Shown: in pieces, positions 48,156 through 58,100 of the stretch | Layout: each line of letters opens with the position of its first letter | How positions within the stretch are numbered: position 1 is the stretch's first letter | NCBI GenBank assembly: GCA_963710755.1 | Contig: CAVQBK010000006.1 | Coordinates: forward strand, 128,001-192,000 | DNA length: 64,000 nt | Direction of reading: 5' to 3' | DNA from: an uncultured bacterium | Lineage (GTDB): Bacteria > Oederibacteriota > JAAXVQ01 > JAUVAV01 | Position numbers and translations under genes: made by a program | Notes under the pieces: generated by a model | Told to the model about the DNA's origin: nothing | The model's database searches: none | What the model saw: only the letters and a program-made list of their open reading frames with translations

Positions 48156-51100
48156 CTAATCCTTTTCCAACAACAATTTCGAATAGTAACTTCTAACCCT
48201 TTGAGAACGATGGTGCAAATCGTTTAAGAAATGATCCACACTGCCCTCATGGCCCAAGGTTCGCCTGGCCAATATCTTGAGCGCTTCCCCGGTGGCCGGC
48301 AGGGTATGCACCTGGCGGTCTTCGTAAATTTGAAGAAAATGTTCCAGGCGCCGCAAATAAACGTAATCCTCGCTGAGCCGGCTGTAGGCCGGCCCGTCGA
48401 TGAGGTGACTTTTAAATAATTTGGCCAATGCCTTCAGGGTATGGCCTTCAAAGATATGGGGGTGGTCATGGCCATAAATCAACTGCAGGCCCTGGATGAG
48501 GAATTCAATATCCCGAATGCCGCCCATGCCGCTTTTAATGTCCATGCTGTGCTGCCCGGCTTGATCGAGTTTTTTCAAGGCTTGGTTGCGCATGTGTTCG
48601 ATCGATGACTTCACTTGGCTGCGCTCAAAACCCCGGGTCAGCAGCCCCTGTACTTCTCCGATAAAGGCGGCGCCCAACTCCAGATTGCCGGCCACCGGCC
48701 GGATTTTTATCAGCGATTGCAGTTCACTCAATTCAGCCTGGTGGCGATAATACTCCACCATGGAGGTATAGGACGGTACCAAGGCACCGGCAATGCCATA
48801 AGGCCGCAGCCGGAAATCCACTCGATAGACCATACCCTCATCAGTATAAGAGGACAGGGCGGCACGACTGTTTTCAGTGACCAAGGTAAAAGGATCTTCA
48901 TTAAAAGCCTCTCCTGTATAAAGCAACCTGTCCACAACCCGGTCATCATAGAGGGCCACCAGATCAATATCGGAACTATAGTTAAGCTCCTGCCCGCCCA
49001 ACTTGCCAAAAGCCAACAGGCAATAGTGCTGGTGCGGGGCTGCCCACGGGACCGGCGGTAATTGATTGGCCTCGGTCAAGGCCTGCCAACTGTGCTGCAA
49101 AGCTGCTCCCACCAAAGCATCGGCCAAATTGGACAGCTCCAGGGTAATGTCTTCCAGAGAAGCTTTCAGACAAATATCACGAATGCCAATACGAACAAAT
49201 TCACGGCGCCGGAAAAGCCGTATCGCTTTCAGCCATTCTGCCTCGCGCAGTTGGGACTGGTTCTTAAGCTCGCCGTTGTAGTCTTCCCGGCTTTTCACAT
49301 TTCTGAGCAATTGCGGGTCTGTGGCCCATTCCAAATAATCAGGATGATGGATGAGGGCTTCGGCCAGAAACTGGCTGGTGGAAAAAATATCGAGCAATAT
49401 CTTTAGCCGCATGGGCTGGGCCAGCATGGCTTCAAAATGAGCCTTGGGTTGATCAAGCTGATGGACAAAGCGTTCCCAGTTGTTGAGGGCCATATCGGGA
49501 TCGGCTTTCTGACCGAGCATATCCACGGCCAGGACCGCCAGTTTGGCCATTTTTTCTTTTTGTAAAGGCTCGGCCCCGGCCAGATGACGCAAATTAACCT
49601 CCGCACGTTGAGGATTGGTAAACCCAGCCTGGGTGAGAATAACCATACGGTTCTCAACCGTCAGGGTTTCGGACAGGATCAAATCAGCCACATTGCCCGG
49701 CCGCTGCCCGGGCAAAGAATCACGGCCAAAATGTTTTTCCACAAAGGCGCGCACGGCCGCACTGTGCGTTTCAAAATCCACAAACAATTGTTTGGCCGGA
49801 TCCAGACCCTGCCTGACCGCGTACCCCAGCCGTCTGGCTAAATGGCTGTATTCCAAAGCTTCCGGTGCAGGCATAAATAAATCTTGGGCCGACCCACGCA
49901 GAATCCGCAGCCCGTTGATAAGATTACGAAAAAAGCCATAAGCACCAATCAATATTTCCGCCTCTTCATGGCTGATCACACCCACTTCATACAGACCCTT
50001 AAGCGCCAGCTGTATCCTGGGTGTTCGCAGCACCGGATAATCCCGGCCGTAGATAACCTGCAACAACTGGACATCGTATTCCAGATCCACCAAGGCTCCC
50101 GGGCTGAACTTGGCATTGATGCCGCCACCCCTGGTTTTTTCCTCAAATTGTTTCTGCCGCAGTTCACGGACCGCTTTTAGATCCAGGTCGCGGCTGGCAT
50201 AAATGAATTCATCGCGCAGGCGCTCCAGTTGGGCGCCCAGATCCGGATCTCCGGCTACAGGACGCATGCGCACCAAGGCCAGCTTCTCCACGGCATGGGC
50301 AGCACCGCCCTGACCAAAATAATCGCAGAACAGGGCCAAGCTTGACGCCAGCGGACCGTCACTGCCAAAGGGACGCAGCCTTAAATCCAGGTTAAAAATG
50401 CCTTCCCGTTTGGCCCGGATAAAGCGCACGGTTTCCTTGACCAGGAGATCAAAAAACTCGGCATTGGTGATGATCTTGCCGCCGTCGGTCTCTCCGGTAT
50501 CGCTATAGACCATCATGATCTCAATATCCGACGCATAGCCCAAGGCGGCGCCGCCAAGTTTGCCCAAACCCAACACCGCATAATTGGCGCGCAGTCCGGC
50601 TACAGTCCGGGGATGTCCGTACTGACCGGCCAAATGCAGGTACACCATTTGCGTGGTTTTTTTTAGGATGACTTCCGCTAAAAAGGTCAGTTGTTCACTA
50701 AGTTTTTTGAAATCCGATTGGGGACTGAGGATATGATCGAGGTCAAATAAAAATATTTCCCGATCCTTGAAGTCGTTAAGCACCTCCTGTTGTTCTTCAT
50801 AGCTGCCGGCTTTTTCCAGAGCCGCCTCCAAGCGATCGGGTAAGGTGGCCGTGGTCTCCACGATAGGCCGGCCTTCCACATGAGGACGTAACATGGGTAA
50901 AAGGGTTTCGTATTGCTGGCGGATCATGTCTTCCCAGAGATAATCACTGGTCCCCAAAAGTTTGGCCAGTTCCTGCATTAATTTGGGCGAACTCATAAAT
51001 TCCACCCATTTCCCCTGCTGATGTTTTTGAATGATGTCTTCCACCAGGTATTCAAAGCGGGACAAGGCGGCATAGGGATCAGGCGCCTGGCTTAAAAAAT

Positions 51101-51962
51101 AGGTAAACTGTTTGGTAAGCAGCACGGCCAGTTTGATTCTTTCCAAAACCTGGTCATCCTCGATTTTGTGACCACTTTGATCAACCACGTCAATCAGATC
51201 TTCAACCCGTTTGTCATTGGTGGTGATGGCCACATGCTCAATGGCCAGCTCGTGCAGGCTCAGAGCATTACTCAGGGAATATAAAAACACGGGCGTGTCT
51301 TCCGAGGTTACGGCCAAACGCGTAAAGTCTCCTGCCTGATTGTCGATCGCAATACTTACCGGCAGTAAGTGCAGACCGCCCCCGGCCTGCAAGGTGCGCA
51401 GCCGGTTGGCCACTTGTTCATTGACCAGATGTTTGGCTTTACTGCGGTCCTGATCACGGCCGCTTTCAAGCAGGATAATCACTTGTTCCATTTGCTGACG
51501 CAGACGATCGGACCATGTTTGCAAGGGTTGCTCAACAGCCAGTGTGCCGGTGAAATGATCGATAATTTTACGTCGCGCCCAGGGCGGCAGATTCATCTTA
51601 CCGGCATAGGTTTTGAATCGACGCCCCCCGGCCATGGACGGGGGTTGGCGTTTATAAGTGTGACTACCGCCGCTTAAAATCTCAAAGCCCATACCACTGA
51701 GCACCCCTGCAATTAGGGAGAAAACCGCCGGATAATCAAAAGAAAACAAGGTGACCGAAAGGCCCCCTTGCACCGAGGGTTGAACATCAATGGCCACGGG
51801 ATGGCTGGACGACAGATGAGCCATTAGATTCAAGTGATGGGCTATGGTGGTATGCCCATAACTGTTGAAATAGCGGTCGTCCAGACGGTCCAAGTGTTGA
51901 ACGATCCAGGCCTCGTTCAGATCAGGACAAAGGGCCTGCAGTTGAGCCAGCGTTGGTTTCAT
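48156..51962 (-). CDS. glnE: Bifunctional glutamine-synthetase adenylyltransferase/deadenylase with N-terminal ACT-like extension
   Basis: Two nucleotidyltransferase motifs (GKLGGAALGYASDIE; GKLGGQELNYSSDID), DLRLRP.G..G twice, IKSGMGGIRDIEF. Confidence 0.93.
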   Translation of the reverse strand: MKPTLAQLQALCPDLNEAWIVQHLDRLDDRYFNSYGHTTIAHHLNLMAHLSSSHPVAIDVQPSVQGGLSVTLFSFDYPAVFSLIAGVLSGMGFEILSGGSHTYKRQPPSMAGGRRFKTYAGKMNLPPWARRKIIDHFTGTLAVEQPLQTWSDRLRQQMEQVIILLESGRDQDRSKAKHLVNEQVANRLRTLQAGGGLHLLPVSIAIDNQAGDFTRLAVTSEDTPVFLYSLSNALSLHELAIEHVAITTNDKRVEDLIDVVDQSGHKIEDDQVLERIKLAVLLTKQFTYFLSQAPDPYAALSRFEYLVEDIIQKHQQGKWVEFMSSPKLMQELAKLLGTSDYLWEDMIRQQYETLLPMLRPHVEGRPIVETTATLPDRLEAALEKAGSYEEQQEVLNDFKDREIFLFDLDHILSPQSDFKKLSEQLTFLAEVILKKTTQMVYLHLAGQYGHPRTVAGLRANYAVLGLGKLGGAALGYASDIEIMMVYSDTGETDGGKIITNAEFFDLLVKETVRFIRAKREGIFNLDLRLRPFGSDGPLASSLALFCDYFGQGGAAHAVEKLALVRMRPVAGDPDLGAQLERLRDEFIYASRDLDLKAVRELRQKQFEEKTRGGGINAKFSPGALVDLEYDVQLLQVIYGRDYPVLRTPRIQLALKGLYEVGVISHEEAEILIGAYGFFRNLINGLRILRGSAQDLFMPAPEALEYSHLARRLGYAVRQGLDPAKQLFVDFETHSAAVRAFVEKHFGRDSLPGQRPGNVADLILSETLTVENRMVILTQAGFTNPQRAEVNLRHLAGAEPLQKEKMAKLAVLAVDMLGQKADPDMALNNWERFVHQLDQPKAHFEAMLAQPMRLKILLDIFSTSQFLAEALIHHPDYLEWATDPQLLRNVKSREDYNGELKNQSQLREAEWLKAIRLFRRREFVRIGIRDICLKASLEDITLELSNLADALVGAALQHSWQALTEANQLPPVPWAAPHQHYCLLAFGKLGGQELNYSSDIDLVALYDDRVVDRLLYTGEAFNEDPFTLVTENSRAALSSYTDEGMVYRVDFRLRPYGIAGALVPSYTSMVEYYRHQAELSELQSLIKIRPVAGNLELGAAFIGEVQGLLTRGFERSQVKSSIEHMRNQALKKLDQAGQHSMDIKSGMGGIRDIEFLIQGLQLIYGHDHPHIFEGHTLKALAKLFKSHLIDGPAYSRLSEDYVYLRRLEHFLQIYEDRQVHTLPATGEALKILARRTLGHEGSVDHFLNDLHHRSQRVRSYYSKLLLEKD

Positions 51963-52121
51963 TTTATTATCCTTTTAGACATTTTAAGAATTGTAACCAA
52001 TCCCCGGTCAGGCGCAAACAAAAAATCTTAATTAAAATAGGGTAGAAATTTGTTAGCCTCAATTTTACATGATATATTTTGTACAGTTCTAATTTGAAAC
52101 ATATTCCTTAAAAGGCCTTTT

Positions 52122-55100
52122 ATGCAAAGCACTTTTCATAAAATAATAACTCTGCTGACAACCTTAACATTCCTATCCCCTATTTTGGGCTGGTCCTTTG
52201 AACCAGGTCATTATACCGTACACGCTGGAAGCTTGTTCGAATTTCAATGGCGAGGGAAAGCCATCACCTTGCCTCAACCATGGGGGGAAATTGAGAAAAG
52301 GTTTTCCGGCCAAGATAAGCTTATTATTCATATTCAGGATTTACACTGCAATCATGAAGTGCAAAAGAATATTGCGGAAATCATAGGCCATCTGGCCCAA
52401 AGTGTAGGGGCTAAAAAAGGTTCGCCCCTGCTGGTGGGAGAGGAAGGGTCCTTTAATACCGTTAATGTCGATCCCATCCGCAGCTTCCCCATCCCGGAAA
52501 TCCGCGAAGCTGTCAGTGATTATTTTGTTAAGCAAGGCAAGCTGACCGGTGCGGAATATTATGCCGCCACCGGTAAATATCCCGTCCGTCTGGAAGGCAT
52601 CGAAACGCCCAAGCTCTATAACGACAGCCTGGCTGCAGTCCGTTCTTTCCTGAATCCCGAGAGCCAAGGCTATATGATGGATTTACGGGAAATGTTGAAC
52701 AGCTTGAAACCAAGCATCTACAACCAGGAATTATCGGCCCTGGACCGGGCCCGCACCGACTACCGCGAGGGCAAGCTGGATGTTCTGGCCTATGCCACAC
52801 GATTGACGAAATTCGCCTATCGCATTGTAGGGGCACGGCATGCCGTGCCCCTACGGCAATACCCCAATCTGGAAAATTACCTGAATCTGGGCCATAAGCT
52901 GTTCGGTCCGGGTGTGGAGCCGGATCAATTATTCCATGAGATGGATGCATTGGATCAAGCTTTGCGGGAGAAGTTTTATACCAGCAACCTGCAGCATGAA
53001 TTGGACGCCCAAACCCATCGCCTGGATGTGATTGAAAAATTGTTGAACATCTCCGCCACGCCGGAGGAATTACAGGAATTCAGGAACGGGCGGGAACAAT
53101 TCCGGGTTGGGAAATTCGTGGAATTTTTTCAAACCGTAGGGAACGGTCCCCGGATGCTCGGGGCGCAGCGCGACCGTTCCCTAATTGATTCCGGCATCTA
53201 TGCCCTTGACCATTATCTCACCGAGGTGGAAATATTTTACCGCCTCTCCGACCTCCGCAGTCATTCTTTTGTCACCAATTTACTAAATAAAATGAATGCC
53301 GGCCACCAAACTGTGGCTGTCATCATCACCGGCGGTTTTCATACGGACGGCCTGCTGGCCGGGCTCCATAAACAAGGCTTCGAATGTCTTTCCATCAAGC
53401 CGCGCCTGACCAAACAGGATGTGGCCAATCCCTATTTCTCTATTTTACAAGGCAAGAAACTGCCCCTGGAGAAACTGCTGGCCAAAAATCAAACCCTGCT
53501 GGCGCCGAGGGTATGGATGGAAAATGGGAATAATGGATTTGGACAAGTAGCTACAATATTACAAGCAGCACTAGCAATGGCCGAAGGCATGCAAAAGCTG
53601 ACACGCCCCTATCAAAAGCGACTAAAGATTTGGACTAAAAAACATAATTTGAAAAACACATTGCAGTTTTGGACGCCTGACCAAATAAAAAAACTGGGAA
53701 TTAAGATGCCCAAAAATTGCACCCTATATATTGCACGGAGTTCGGCAAACAAAGTAAGACCCATAATTGTTGCTGAATACCATACCCTGGCCGGTGGGAT
53801 TAAAATTGCCAAGCAGGCTTCTTCTGCCAACGCCCGGAAAGCAAAACGTAACCTGGTAAAATTCAAAACCATGGCCATCACTGTTGCGGAGGACATGCCC
53901 CAAGCTTATTTGCTGTTGCGCAGCATGCAGCGCTATGAACGAGGTGTGACATTCTCCCCCTTGCTTGAGGCGCCGTTTGAGATGTTTAAAAGTGCGATTA
54001 AAAACCCAGTAGTCTATTTTACGCAATTCCATCAAGCTGATACAGGCAAGTGGTGGCTCAGAACATTAGGTCTATCTCTCATGATGAGTCTGGCCCTGGT
54101 GCTGGTTGTAGTCGGCGCCTTTATCATGGGAGGCAAGTCAATCCGTCCAGCCTCTCAAAGGCGCTCGGCCAAGCAGACATTGGACTGGATCGAACAGACT
54201 TTAAAAAACATTCATACTCTATGGAACCGTTATGTGCCTGCAGGCCAATTGCAAGAAAACCAAAATGCGACAATAATTTCAATTTCTCGCTTAGTCGATC
54301 AGGGGAAATTGGATGAAGCAAATGAAGAAATCAAGCTAGTGGTAGAGCAAGAGATGGATTTTGTCAAGTATTGTCATCCCGCCACATCAAGATACAAGCT
54401 TCCCATACCATGGTTGAAAGAATTCGGACTTAAGCATGTTTTTGATGAATCTCATCTTCGTAGGAACAATATCTATTATTCCGAAGACGAGCTGCGGAAA
54501 ATCCTGACGGCCAGTTTATATCTCGTTTCCGGTTATTATCTCAAAAGCGGGCCCGATATCTCGCACGTACAACCCAATAGTTATGGACAAATCACTCAGC
54601 CTATTTCTCTTAAGAATTTAAAAGAAGTTCAAGCGTTTCACACGGCTGCAAAGGCAACAAAGTATGTTGATCCAAGTCCAACTTCTGGCAAAGTTTATAT
54701 TGGTAAATTTCCGGTTGGTGGTATTGCGAATGAGTTGCTTGGCCAAGGTTGGTTTCACCTGTTGGGTTTTTCAACAGTCGATATGAAATATTTACCTGAT
54801 TCTTCATCTCTCATATCCGAATGGGTCGAAAACACCGTCACACTTCAAGCTTATATCACAAAGACTTTGGTAAATTCTTTTTTGTTCAAACCTGAAATAA
54901 TTGCGTCAAACCTACTGCCCGATTCATTCCGCAAGGTTATTGAGGAATCAAAACTGGCTGATGTTGTCATTCAGCTCACGGATGATCATCTTCAAAATAT
55001 ATTACTTAAAGTTGATCACCATGGGCAGTTGTTACCCTTCCCGCCAATTTTTTTAGACCGGGGAAATTGTTTTGGTTTTCATGTTGATCCGTTAACAGGA

Positions 55101-58100
55101 GAATCTCTGGTTCAAGGAACGTATAGAGGCGCCTTTGAAGAAGAAAGTCTAACCAGCGGTATGGATACTGGACATTACTTAAGAGGCGAGCAAACATTTC
55201 ATCTTTTTGCGAGACGGGAAAACATGCAGGAAATGGCGGATCGTATTGCCCAAGTTACAGAAGAGCAAATCGCCAATCTGATCGCCGGTGTCATGAGAGA
55301 GATGGGGACTGACTATCCCTCCGATCCACAGTTCCAGCCCGAAACACTAAAAACAAACTGGATGGATGCTATAGCCACTGTAAAAAAAGTATTTGATATC
55401 GACACAACACCAGTCGTCGAAAACCCTTACGGCAAAAAGTCAGTCACCTACACTCGAAATCATGCTCCCAAGCCTCCATCATCCGGTGCCTTCAAGTTCT
55501 GGGAAAAGGTCGGCCTATCCCAGGCCTGGGCCGGGAGGATTGAAGGGTTTACGGGCGCTCTGGGGTTCCTGCTCTGGCTCGTCCATGCCGGGCTTACCAC
55601 CGCCCCGCCGGACTGGCTTGCCTGGATGAATCCCTTGGCCTACCATTTGCTCATCCCTACGGCTGTGGTTTGGCTGGCTTTTTATCTGGGCCATCTTATC
55701 TTTGGCATTTACGGCGAGAACCCCGCTGACTTACAAGCAAGCGCCCTCAATGCCTGGAAAGCCACCAACCTGGCTGCCGGGGCTACTTTGCTCTTCCCTG
55801 CCGTGGTGGCTGGTCTCATGGCTTCGCAGTGGCTGGCACCGCTCGGACTAGCTCTAAGTGCGGCTATTATTCTCGCTGCCCTGGCCAGCGGCTGGCTGCA
55901 TGGAGAAGTTAATCAACCATCATTGCAACTCTCCCACTGGCTAGGTAATTATCATGAAAAACTTAAGAAATATTCTGTACTTCATAAAACTGTTCCCAAC
56001 ACGAATAGGAGGGTGTCCGGCTCTAATTCCGCTGAACCTCCGACTACGCTGGAGGCTATCTACAAGCGTATCTTAGCAGTAAACGTTAACATCTCCAAAG
56101 ACCAAAAAGAAAAAAAGGATAAATCGGCAATCCTCTGGTTGGCGTACAACAGGCTACGAGACGGTAAAATCATGAGTGCGTTGGCGAGTAAATTCAACCA
56201 AGATCCTAATCCTGACTACTTGATTGAATATATTGAGGATCAAGAGCATATCCAGGGCTATGTGGTATTCTCCCAGGACCAGCCAGGCCAGGCAAGGGAT
56301 ACCCGTTCAGTCTACGTAGAATTATTGGCTATCGACCCCCGTGATTTTGGCACAGGGGTTTCACAAAATTTAATGCAGCGAGTTATAGACTATGCAAGAC
56401 GTCATCATTTTAAAACGGTGATCGTACGCACCCTGAAGATAAATGAAAAACTTAATCGTTTTTATAAAGGACTTGACCAAAAAATATCTAATATCAGCGT
56501 AGACGGACCCCGGGATGCCTTTGACGACCCTAATGCAGTGCAATATACCTATTTTTTATCGGACAAAAGTAGTTCCGATACCTTGCATAGCAAATTACTA
56601 AGAAATAGGTCCGTGATAGTTTCAAAGGGACTGGCACCTGTTAAACTGGCTTTCAGCATAGCCATCTTACTTGCCCCCCTGGCCAGCGGCTGGCTGCATG
56701 GAAAATCGAATGAGCTGTTATCCTCCAAAAAAATGTTCCGATGGATAGCACCAATTGGCTTAAGGTCGACCCTAGAGGACTTGGCCATGTTAAGACCTAT
56801 TGCCGGATTAGCAAAGTTTTTGTCAGCATGGAAAAATCTTGTCTATTTATTTTTTCCGGAAACTATAAAAATCAAGAACCCTAAGCTTGTCGAGCTTTAT
56901 TTGAGATGCCTGCCTGAAGCCACACCCTATTCAGTACAATTTTCGGAAGATCATTCCTGGCAAGTGTCACTTTATAAAAGCATTGCTTCCTGGCGAACGG
57001 ACAGGCGGTATTTAGCTTTTAAGCGAGAAAGTGCCGGGGGTGTTTACTGGCATGACATCGACGAGCGTACAACATCAGCCAATCCGGAAAGGGCACGTTT
57101 AACAATTAAAAACAAACGGCGAGCACAAAGAGAGGCAGTTGATTTTTTTTCAAGAAAAGCCAAAAACACTATTTCGGAAAGAAATGAGCGAACAAGGGCG
57201 TTGGTGCTTGGACCAGGCCGCAGCCTGACTGAGCCGCTTGCATTATTAGAGGAATTTCCGGAAATAAGCGAAATGATTTTGATCGATTATGCTGACATCA
57301 ATATCCTTCCGCTTTATCAGGAATTAAGCGCGCTACCTGAAGAAACGCGCAGGAAATTCCGCCTTGAACATACACCATTTTTAAACAACGCTTTGCCCAC
57401 TGGATTTTTCGACTTGATCTATTCTCGGGACACCCTCCGTAGTGACATGTTTTATAATGAATTGCCCAGTGTTTGGCATGAAATCAACCGTTTGCTGAAA
57501 GAAGCGGGATTATTTTTCGGAACTGGAGATGCACCTGCGTTCGATAATTCACTTTTACCAAATTATGGTCTTAACGTTCTTTTTGAAGTTGAAGGATCAC
57601 CGTGGCTGGTGTTGGAGAAACCGAAGGGGAAAATCCCCAATACTGAAAAGCCGGTAACTGTCACCGAATCCCAACCATTAAATCTGCCAGGCGCGGCCGC
57701 GGCCGCGCTTTTGTCCGGATTGTTGGCCATGCTGGCGCTCTCAATCCCAGGATTGAATATGGCGCTAAGCGGATTTTTCTTGTGGAACCTGGTAAAAGCC
57801 GGATGGATGGCAGGGCAATTGGCAAAACGGCATGGCTGGAACATGTTCCGCCACCTTGGCCAGAATGTGGGCGCCTACAACCCGCTACTAAGCGTCATGG
57901 TGGATCCGGAACATCCCAGCGAGGCCATTATGGAAGCGCCGTTCTTTGTGCGAGCCCATGAGCAAGTCGCGCACCGCTGGGCGCAGATCATAGTGGATTG
58001 GATTCTGAAGCAGAGCAACGGCCAATCCTTGTCTCACTATGCCGAGGTCGCGCAAGCCGCCCAAGTCCAAGGCCAACGTGGGCCTTGGCAATATTACTTG

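Noticed and set aside
36733-51677. Numerous antisense ORFs over gltD, gltB, carB, carA and glnE
   Set aside because: Typical antisense open frames of conserved, codon-biased genes
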